Below are positions 32,668-39,423 of a DNA stretch of 39,423 nucleotides, piece by piece (positions within the stretch are counted from its first letter, which is position 1; each line of letters begins with the position of its first letter). The stretch spans positions 1-39,423 of the IMG/VR virus record IMGVR_UViG_3300020044_005112. One strand, given 5' to 3'. Both the position numbers and the translations under genes were made by a program. The notes beneath the pieces are model-generated. The model had not been told where the DNA came from, did no database searches, and worked only from the letters and a program-made list of their open reading frames with translations. This DNA is from a virus. Lineage: Duplodnaviria; Caudoviricetes.

Positions 32668-33854
32668 ACCGTAAGACTCTGCAACTCGGCATTGCTCAGG
32701 CGGCGGGGGTAGAACACTACACGGCGGAGGTAGCCGTTGGTTTGAGTAAGGCCTGAGCCTTTGCCAAGTTCAAGTTGCGTTACGCTGCCAAATGCAGACG
32801 CAGGGCTTGATTGGTTTACCGCGCTGCCGTTTACAGAAATGCCACCTTGATTTGTACCTATTGCGTAAGCAAGTGCTGCTTTACCTGTTGATCCAACTGT
32901 TACGCTACCAGCAGGCGATGGGTTTGTTGCAACACCACCAGACACAAGACGAGGCGAGACGTTGTATGGGTCGGCTGCACTTGCAAAAAACTGAATTCGG
33001 TTATTGGTGGTTCCGTCTGTAATACCGGCAATTGCCTTACTTCCGATGGACGTATAGACCGAAAATTCCGCAAACAACGTCCCCTCCGTCGCGTTATACC
33101 AAGGGCTCAGCGTATTCACTGAAGCCACATCGGCTGCACGGGTCAGCGCGGTTGTGGTGGTGGGGATGTAGCTGGTGGGGAAGGCTCCGGCTTCGATTTG
33201 AGCGCCCCAGAGGTAAAGGCCGCTGGTGCCGTCGCCAGTATAAGAAGACCCAGAAGGGCTGATAACAAGTAAAGAAAAACTTGCGCTAGCTGTTGCGGTA
33301 GCTTGAGCAGTTAAAACCAGCCTATACCAACCGTTATTAACAGAAGACCAACTAAAGGTTGTGCCAGAAGTGCCTGTAACAGGCGTTACAGTTTGAGTCG
33401 CGGTATTAAACTGCCAAACTACAGTAACACCAAACGCAGCACTTGATAATTGGAATCGTACAGTATCGTATTCGGCAGCTTTTACAAAAACAGAAAAAGT
33501 ATATGCGACACCGCTCGTGTAGCTTGAGCTTTGCTGTATAAGATGAAGTCCTGTACTTGTGTCGGCGGCTATTTTGTCTGCGTTAACGCCGCCATCTGGC
33601 GCTGTCGTCGCGTCGGCTGTTACGATGGTAGTCGTAGTGGACCAAGTTGTCGCAAAGTCTTCGCTTTGCAGTACCAAATTCGTCCTCGCCTCCTCAATCA
33701 GCAGCCCCTGAGCCGCCAGCGTGCTGGGGTTGTAGTCGAACCGTGGGGCGTCAATGGCTGCGCTCTGCAGGGTGCCCGTGCTGTCGAAGTACGTGGCCGT
33801 GCTGGCACGGGTGAAGGTGATGATGTCGCTGAAGTTTTTAGTAACGAGTGCCAT
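32664..33854 (-). CDS. Virion fibre/spike protein with carbohydrate-binding and LamG/ConA-like domains, paralogue B (396 aa)
   Basis: TFTRASTATY, GLLIEEARTNL, NGWYRL, WGAQIEAGAFPTSYIPT, NGYLRRVVFYPRRLSNAELQ. Confidence 0.75.
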   Translation of the reverse strand: MALVTKNFSDIITFTRASTATYFDSTGTLQSAAIDAPRFDYNPSTLAAQGLLIEEARTNLVLQSEDFATTWSTTTTIVTADATTAPDGGVNADKIAADTSTGLHLIQQSSSYTSGVAYTFSVFVKAAEYDTVRFQLSSAAFGVTVVWQFNTATQTVTPVTGTSGTTFSWSSVNNGWYRLVLTAQATATASASFSLLVISPSGSSYTGDGTSGLYLWGAQIEAGAFPTSYIPTTTTALTRAADVASVNTLSPWYNATEGTLFAEFSVYTSIGSKAIAGITDGTTNNRIQFFASAADPYNVSPRLVSGGVATNPSPAGSVTVGSTGKAALAYAIGTNQGGISVNGSAVNQSSPASAFGSVTQLELGKGSGLTQTNGYLRRVVFYPRRLSNAELQSLTV

Positions 33855-33869
33855 TATATTCTCCTCCCG

Positions 33870-35369
33870 TTAAGTAGTTATAGTTTGGAGATCAGCGTTA
33901 CTGAGCCTGCGGGGGTAGTAGGTGATGCGGCGAAGGTAGCCGTTGATATTTAACGTACCTGTTGAAGATGCGCCAATACGCAAAGTGTTCATCCCACTCG
34001 GAACTGCGCCAGAATTAGTATTTGCTGGTGCGCCTGCTGAAGCACCACCATTAGTTCTCACGGCAAAATCACTGTCTTTATAAGCAAAAGCCGTTCTGGC
34101 GGTTGTCTGATTCAATCCTGTTTGATCGTAAATTTGTGCGACCGTGACGTTTGACACAATTGAAAACGCTTGATTTTGATTAGATATGTAGCGCAGTCTT
34201 AAAATGTTGGTTGAGCTATTATCAATTTGCCAAATTATTGGTGAAGTGCCGCTAGCATTATTAACATAGTCTGCATAGACAGTCCCTTCCGCCGCGTTAT
34301 ACCAAGGGCTCAGCGTATTTACCGACGCCACATCAGCAGAGCGCGTGAGGGCTGTGGTCGTGGTTGGGATCACGCTCGTTGCGAAGGCACCAAGTTCTAG
34401 CTGGGGAAGGCCGATGCGCAGGGTGATGTCGATGGCGACGCCAGAAGCATAACTTGCTTGGAATATCGCGCTGGTTACTCTAGCCGTTGATGCGTCTGCC
34501 ATTGTATGCGTCACGGTATTTCGCTGTGTACGCAGAGCAGCAGATGTGGGGGCAATAGCTAAAGAAGTGTTTTCAAGCAACGTTCCGACAGCATCTCGAC
34601 CCGCTAGGTTTGTAACAACGCCTGTTAAATTGGTGAGACTTCCGCCCACAAGTCGAATGTATGCCGATCCAGTCCATGTTTGGCCCGAAGACGCAGTGAC
34701 AGCAGTGGTCGCTGTTCCAATAACCGAAAGACTTCCGCTTGCAGATGTAGTGCCACCTCCAGTGGAATACTGGACTTCAATATAGGTAATTCCATCTTCC
34801 TGGCCGATGGCAGTGATGGTTCTGGTAATACCGTTGGCGCTGCCGGAAAATGGCCCCCAACTTGTTGGATTTGTGCCTGGAGTTCCAGTTGATGCACCCA
34901 CCATCGTGTTGTTGCGGATGCTGTTCGTCCTCGACTCCTCAATCAGCAGCCCCTGAGCCGCCAAAGTGGAAGGGTTGTAGTCGAACCGAGCTTCGTTGAT
35001 CGCAGCAGAGGTCAGCGTGCCCGCAGAGTTGAAGTAGGTTGCTGTGGACGCTCGGGTAAACGTCACGATGTCCGCGAAGTTCTTTTGAGCTAGTCCCACA
35101 CCATCCTCCCAGATTGCGTACGGCACTGCGATCTGGTACGTCTCAGGCGTGAAATACGTGTCTAGCGTATACCCCGCAGTCGTAGATGCAGTTAGAAGAT
35201 CCGTAGGATTGCCCGCAAACGTCAGGTCAAGTGTAGGCCCAAGCTGCGCAAACGGATCGTTTGATGGCACCAGCGCATACACGCCGCCATCGCCATACAC
35301 CCCACCATTGGCCGTCCAATCCTGACGGACTCGGTTGACGTAGGCCGGTGAGGTGCGAACGGTGATCAT
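33870..35369 (-). CDS. Virion fibre/spike protein with carbohydrate-binding and LamG/ConA-like domains, paralogue A (499 aa)
   Basis: Same conserved blocks as paralogue B plus an N-terminal extension of about 90 aa. Confidence 0.75.
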   Translation of the reverse strand: MITVRTSPAYVNRVRQDWTANGGVYGDGGVYALVPSNDPFAQLGPTLDLTFAGNPTDLLTASTTAGYTLDTYFTPETYQIAVPYAIWEDGVGLAQKNFADIVTFTRASTATYFNSAGTLTSAAINEARFDYNPSTLAAQGLLIEESRTNSIRNNTMVGASTGTPGTNPTSWGPFSGSANGITRTITAIGQEDGITYIEVQYSTGGGTTSASGSLSVIGTATTAVTASSGQTWTGSAYIRLVGGSLTNLTGVVTNLAGRDAVGTLLENTSLAIAPTSAALRTQRNTVTHTMADASTARVTSAIFQASYASGVAIDITLRIGLPQLELGAFATSVIPTTTTALTRSADVASVNTLSPWYNAAEGTVYADYVNNASGTSPIIWQIDNSSTNILRLRYISNQNQAFSIVSNVTVAQIYDQTGLNQTTARTAFAYKDSDFAVRTNGGASAGAPANTNSGAVPSGMNTLRIGASSTGTLNINGYLRRITYYPRRLSNADLQTITT

Positions 35370-35641
35370 GCGTAATAGCTCACGTTCAGCTTGGCGCTGG
35401 CGGCCTGCTCAATGAACCGGATGCGCTTCAGATCGCCATCGTAGCTCAGCACCGTCCCGATGGCCACCGGCATGCCGACCGCGCTGGTTGGATTGGTGCC
35501 GTCATCGCGCCAGCGCACAGCCTGGGACTCGGGAATGATGACTGCCAGCGTGGCGGTATCAGGCACCGTTAGCGCCGTGGCCGCAGACAAGGAAGTGATC
35601 TGCTGGTAGCCCAGGCAAACAGTGGTGGATTTCAGTCCCAT
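35366..35641 (-). CDS. Small virion-associated protein (91 aa)
   Basis: GYQQITSLS..AVRWRDDGTNPT; SD AAGGA; late-operon context. Confidence 0.65.
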   Translation of the reverse strand: MGLKSTTVCLGYQQITSLSAATALTVPDTATLAVIIPESQAVRWRDDGTNPTSAVGMPVAIGTVLSYDGDLKRIRFIEQAASAKLNVSYYA

Positions 35642-35650
35642 GATGTGTCC

Positions 35651-36013
35651 TTACGCGAGAAACTTGAGTTTGTACAACGTGGACAGGTACTGCCCAACGA
35701 TCTCGTCGATGATATTTTGCAACGGCGTGTCGTCTTTCTTGCAACACTCGTAGCGCATCTTTTCGACTTCGGACAGCGAGTCCTCAAGGAACTCGACAAT
35801 GTTGCCGGTTTTCTTGGCGCTCATCAAGGTGATCGGGCCAATCAACCCGTGCCGACCTTGATACGCTTCGGCAAACTTGTCGGCCAGATCAACAATGTTG
35901 TTGTAGAAGTGGCGCAGAGCCTTGTGCTTGGAGTAGCTGCGAGTGTTGAGATGCACGCTGTGGGCCACATCGCGGGCCAAAAACAGCGTGCCTACGAAAT
36001 CAGCGCAACTCAT
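35651..36013 (-). CDS. Ferritin/Dps-like four-helix protein (DUF5856-like, 120 aa)
   Basis: HSVHLNTRSYSKHKAL..FY....DKFAEAYQG...IIDEI...LYKL. Confidence 0.75.
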   Translation of the reverse strand: MSCADFVGTLFLARDVAHSVHLNTRSYSKHKALRHFYNNIVDLADKFAEAYQGRHGLIGPITLMSAKKTGNIVEFLEDSLSEVEKMRYECCKKDDTPLQNIIDEIVGQYLSTLYKLKFLA

Positions 36014-38202
36014 TGCATTTGCCCTTCCATTGGCATTTCAGGCGCTTGTTGCATCATATCAGGCACCTCGCGGGCTGCCATCGGCTGCACCAGATCGCCC
36101 GCAGTCAGCACGTCGCGCAGCGTCTGCATCACGACCTCCTGCACCTGCTCGGGCTGCATGCCCGCCGCCACGGCCTGCAGGCGCTTGGTTTCGGCGTCAT
36201 ACGCCTTGATGTCAGCGTCCGTCTTGGCTTTGAACTCGTCGATCTCCAGCGCGCGGGCTTCCATCGACTGGCTGACGCTTTGGAGCATCTTGTACATCTG
36301 CTCCATTTCTTGCGCCATAGCTTGCATTTGCTGGTTGGCCGCCTGCAGCGCCGGGTCTTCGTCCGCGTCGCCGATGATCTTCGGGTCGATGGTCTTGGCA
36401 AACCGCTTGGCAAGCTCCTGAGCGCCAGGCCAGTCCATGTTCTTGACGAACAGGTCGCCAGCCACGGCCCACAGTTGCGGGTTGGTCTGCAGCAGTTGAG
36501 CCATTGCCTCCAGCGCCTCTTGGCGCTTGGTCGCGTAACCCGGACCCGTCACAACCACCACGTCGTACTTGCCGACGCTGGGGTTGTAGATCTTGTCGAT
36601 CACGATGCCCTGCTCGTTGACGATCTTCTTAACCGGCTCTGGCTGCATGGGGTTCATACGCACCATGCTCGACTCGCCGTCTTCGCCAATGATGCGGGCG
36701 ATCCGCTCGGTGTCGTAGATCTTGGGGATCAGATCCACCAGTTGACGAGTAACATGACGCACAGCCCGAGCCAGATTATCAACATAGTGGTACGTCCCGG
36801 TGTCGCCCTCGCGCTGGCGGGCCAGAATGGCCTTGCCTGAGCGCTCGTTGCCCTCTAGGCCCAACGAGGCGTTGTACTGGCCCGTGGTGCCCTTGATGTC
36901 CTCTGCGGCCCCCATCTTGGCCTGAATCAGGCCCGTCTGGGCCATCGGCGGCATGGCGCGCTGCGGCAGGGGCAACACGCTGCCCGAACCGTCAGTCACG
37001 TCAGGGTTGACCTCAAGGTACGGCCAGTTCTGGGTATTGGCAGTCTTCCACTGCATCTCATACCCTTCAAACTGACCGCCGTAGCCGATGAACGGTGCCT
37101 TCGGAGCCAGCGCCAGCATCTCGGCCTCTTGGCTCGTCCAGTAGTTGTACATCCGCTGGGCGTCCTTGGCGTTGCGCACCAACCCGGAGACGTACAGCCG
37201 ACCGTCAACTTCGTACTCGTTGCCGACCACCCGCACCACGGGGATGTACTTGCCGGCCCACTCCTGCTCCTCAAGGATCTCGTAGCCGTTGATCTTGCAC
37301 CACTTGATCTTCTTGCGGTCAGCTTGACGCGAGCGCAGCGGCTTGCCAAACATCGCCTTGAGCTGCTTGTCCTCGGGCGTGCCGGCAAACGCCGTCTGGT
37401 TGCCCGGATACAGGTTCAGCGTGGCGCGGTCGTAATCGACGTAGAAATACTCGGCGATGCGAACCGTGTTCTCGTTCAGCCACTGGCTGATCGACTGGTC
37501 GCCCACACCCAGGCTCATCAGCGTGTTGGCCGGTGAGGCGTTGGGGTACAGCCGGTGGTACTCTTCGCGGGTGATGTCCTCGGTGATGAAGCACCACTTG
37601 GCGTCCGAGCCGCACGGGTCTTGGATCAGCGGGTCCATGTAGACCGAAAACGAGTTGCGCACCCGCCCGATCTTGATGTCCTGATTGAACGTGTCGTCGT
37701 CGCAATACTCCGTCAGCAGGCGGATGTAGCCCTCACCGAACGCCACCTGGTTCTCGCAAGCGGTGTCGTAGGCGACGTCAGCGTCGCTGATGTACTCGAT
37801 GTGCCGCACCACGCCATCAAAGATCTCCGCGACCTCGACGTCAGCCTTGTCGTCAGCCGGGATCACCTTGCCGCTGGGGCGGTTCTGCCGCTGGTCGTTG
37901 GTGACCTGCCGGACGTGCTGCGGCAGCTTGTTGATGGTCAGGCAAGGCCGAGCGTTGATCGTCTGCCCCTGCACCGCACCACGGGTGGCCAGAACGTCCG
38001 CTGGCCACTGCCAGTGGTTGTCCGGGCTGCCGGCAAAGAACCGCAGGTCGTCGATCTCGTCTTCCCGGCTTTCGCTGTAGGCAGAAATGGCTTGATTCAG
38101 ACGCTGGCGGGCCGTTGCCAAGACGTCTGAGTCAGACTTGTTCTTGGCGCCGCCGCCGTTGGCCACGGCAGCAGCCGATGTGATGCCGGTGTAGTCAGCC
38201 AT
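36010..38202 (-). CDS. Portal protein, P22-like (730 aa)
   Basis: RPCLTINKL, GLVRNAKDAQRMYN, ERSGKAILARQ, GKYDVVVVTGPGYATKRQE and a Gln-rich barrel tail; SD before ATG 38202. Confidence 0.92.
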   Translation of the reverse strand: MADYTGITSAAAVANGGGAKNKSDSDVLATARQRLNQAISAYSESREDEIDDLRFFAGSPDNHWQWPADVLATRGAVQGQTINARPCLTINKLPQHVRQVTNDQRQNRPSGKVIPADDKADVEVAEIFDGVVRHIEYISDADVAYDTACENQVAFGEGYIRLLTEYCDDDTFNQDIKIGRVRNSFSVYMDPLIQDPCGSDAKWCFITEDITREEYHRLYPNASPANTLMSLGVGDQSISQWLNENTVRIAEYFYVDYDRATLNLYPGNQTAFAGTPEDKQLKAMFGKPLRSRQADRKKIKWCKINGYEILEEQEWAGKYIPVVRVVGNEYEVDGRLYVSGLVRNAKDAQRMYNYWTSQEAEMLALAPKAPFIGYGGQFEGYEMQWKTANTQNWPYLEVNPDVTDGSGSVLPLPQRAMPPMAQTGLIQAKMGAAEDIKGTTGQYNASLGLEGNERSGKAILARQREGDTGTYHYVDNLARAVRHVTRQLVDLIPKIYDTERIARIIGEDGESSMVRMNPMQPEPVKKIVNEQGIVIDKIYNPSVGKYDVVVVTGPGYATKRQEALEAMAQLLQTNPQLWAVAGDLFVKNMDWPGAQELAKRFAKTIDPKIIGDADEDPALQAANQQMQAMAQEMEQMYKMLQSVSQSMEARALEIDEFKAKTDADIKAYDAETKRLQAVAAGMQPEQVQEVVMQTLRDVLTAGDLVQPMAAREVPDMMQQAPEMPMEGQMQ

Positions 38203-38203
38203 G

Positions 38204-38368
38204 TTACTTCTTACCCTTTGGCGCGGGTTTTGAGCCTGATTTGGCCTGCGCAGCACGCTGGGTGCTGTACGCGATGGCGAGACTTTGCGCCTGACTTTTT
38301 CCAGACGCCATTTCGGCCTTTACGTTTTTGCGGAAGGCGGTTGGAGACGCTGATTTGACAAGGGGCAC
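38204..38368 (-). CDS. Small basic protein (54 aa, MPLVKSASPTAFRKNVKAEMASGKSQAQSLAIAY...)
   Basis: Manual translation; SD GGAG before GTG; resembles the common phage MPL-K...GK..QA.AIA basic peptides. Confidence 0.75.
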   Translation of the reverse strand: MPLVKSASPTAFRKNVKAEMASGKSQAQSLAIAYSTQRAAQAKSGSKPAPKGKK

Positions 38369-38369
38369 G

Positions 38370-38441
38370 TTAATCTCCCAAAACCCAGTTCAAAAACGCC
38401 GTGATGGCCACAAACAGCACAATGAGAAGTACCAGTTTCAC
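38370..38441 (-). CDS. Small membrane peptide (23 aa, MKLVLLIVLFVAITAFLNWVLGD)
   Basis: GTGA-coupled to the upstream gene; exactly fills the gap between two small basic genes. Confidence 0.5.
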   Translation of the reverse strand: MKLVLLIVLFVAITAFLNWVLGD

Positions 38442-38590
38442 TTCTTTTTCGCCGTCTTGGCGGACTCTTTGAAGGCTTTGGCGGTCGGGGCGCCCGTTGC
38501 GCCCGGTTTGCGCATCTTTTCACCGCTGCCAGCAGCGATTCGCTCGCGTTTGGCGTGAATATTCGCGTACAGCCCAGGTTTTGTAGCCAT
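38438..38590 (-). CDS. Small basic protein (50 aa, MATKPGLYANIHAKRERIAAGSGEKMRKPG...)
   Basis: Manual translation; SD GAGGT; the GLYANIHAKR motif is common in aquatic phages. Confidence 0.8.
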   Translation of the reverse strand: MATKPGLYANIHAKRERIAAGSGEKMRKPGATGAPTAKAFKESAKTAKKK

Positions 38591-38594
38591 GATC

Positions 38595-39245
38595 TTACCT
38601 CTTGTCCGTCACAGGTTGCGACTTTTGCAGCTTGCGCGCCATGTCGAGCAACATGGAAAACTCGGTGGCCAGTGTAGGGTCGAGGTGCAACGGTGGGTTG
38701 TAGTCGTCCCTTGGGTCAATGGTAAAACCCATGCCCCACGCCGGCAGTTCTCTGTTAGTTGCTCGGTATTCGCTGTGTTTTTTAGCCCACTCAGGGTTCA
38801 ATTTTCGGGCCAAATTTTCGCGTTGAAACGCTTTGTCGCGCCCAAACTGGTTGTAGGCCAGTTTTTCGTAAGCCTGCATGAACTGCTGCTCTGCCGGCGT
38901 CAAATCATCGCGCTTGTTTTTCAGTTGAAAGTACTGAGAGCTGATTTGATCATCGGCTGCGTGAGTCAACTCATGCACGACAGTGCTTGGGCGCGCGTTG
39001 TACCTGACTTTGATGACGCCGGTCTTTGGCAACGTGTTTCCAAAGATTGAGTTGCTTTCAAAAACAGCGTTAGCCCCGTTTGTACCGCCCATGGAAATGG
39101 GCGGCATCATGCGCCGCGCGGACAGGTAGTCCACCAGTTCGCCGTACTGCGGGTACTCGGCAGACTGGCGCAACAGCGCCTGCATCGGGTCCGTTTGGCG
39201 CATCAGCGCGTTTTGCGGTCTCGGCGCCAGCGCATTCGTAGCCAT
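38595..39245 (-). CDS. Zincin-like (HExxH) metallopeptidase-domain protein (216 aa)
   Basis: STVVHELTHAAD with a downstream ELPAW; TAATG-coupled to the terL stop. Confidence 0.65.
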   Translation of the reverse strand: MATNALAPRPQNALMRQTDPMQALLRQSAEYPQYGELVDYLSARRMMPPISMGGTNGANAVFESNSIFGNTLPKTGVIKVRYNARPSTVVHELTHAADDQISSQYFQLKNKRDDLTPAEQQFMQAYEKLAYNQFGRDKAFQRENLARKLNPEWAKKHSEYRATNRELPAWGMGFTIDPRDDYNPPLHLDPTLATEFSMLLDMARKLQKSQPVTDKR

Positions 39246-39423
39246 TACGCCCCCATCCAGCTGGCCGACATCTGGCCTCTGTCGCGCATTGTAACGGTGC
39301 GGGCGCGTTCGACATACTCGCGGCTGGCCAGCGGATAGGCGAACGTGACCGCCAGCGCGTCTGCGGCGTCAGGAGAGGCCAATCCGCGTGCTTTCATGTC
39401 CTTCTTCGACTCCAGAAAGATCG
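39245..39423 (-). CDS. terL: Terminase large subunit, C-terminal end (joins 1-1469; 39303-39423 is duplicated sequence)
   Basis: IFLESKKDMKARGLASPDAADALAVTFAYP...SWMGA*, in frame with 1-1469. Confidence 0.9.
   Translation of the reverse strand, partial: IFLESKKDMKARGLASPDAADALAVTFAYPLASREYVERARTVTMRDRGQMSASWMGA
39303..39423. repeat. Terminal direct repeat, copy 2
   Basis: Identical to 1-121. Confidence 0.95.

Noticed and set aside
32664-35369. Diversity-generating retroelement acting on the fibre paralogues
   Set aside because: No reverse transcriptase gene and no template/variable repeat pair differing only at adenines.
39303-39423. 121-bp terminal repeat as a biological direct terminal repeat
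   Set aside because: It falls in the middle of terL and has a k-mer-like length, so an assembler overlap of a circular or permuted genome is more likely.

Overview
This is an apparently complete, circularly permuted tailed-phage genome. It has 39,302 bp of unique sequence; the first 121 bp are repeated at the end, probably as an assembly overlap, and the break falls inside terL. It has a P22/APSE-like podovirus morphogenesis module on the minus strand (terS, terL, portal, scaffold, P22-type coat, gp4/gp10/needle-like tail proteins, tailspike, three ejection proteins, holin plus M15 endolysin). The replication module is APSE-like (Cas4-like/DUF2800 nuclease, putative SSB, C5 methyltransferase, family A DNA polymerase, RepB-type primase/SF3 helicase, VRR-NUC, SNF2 helicase), and there are two blocks of small accessory genes. 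I found no integrase, repressor, tRNA or CRISPR array. The GC-rich sequence and sigma70-type promoters suggest a proteobacterial host (inference). The most striking feature is a 307-aa intein in the DNA polymerase: its central region reads as non-conserved filler in the intein frame, while a complete 230-aa HNH homing endonuclease with its own start codon is encoded in the +1 frame, fully nested inside the intein. The adjacent methyltransferase is also split over two overlapping frames (alpha/beta type). Other notable items are two antisense freestanding HNH genes in the late operon, a TLDxxFxxxxYx[IV] motif shared by the tail-hub protein and a lectin-like fibre, a shared NAL[AM] motif in ejection proteins and a zincin, an origin-like convergent repeat array, and four hydrophobic micro-ORFs missed by the ORF track. 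All family assignments come from motif recognition and synteny; no database searches were run.
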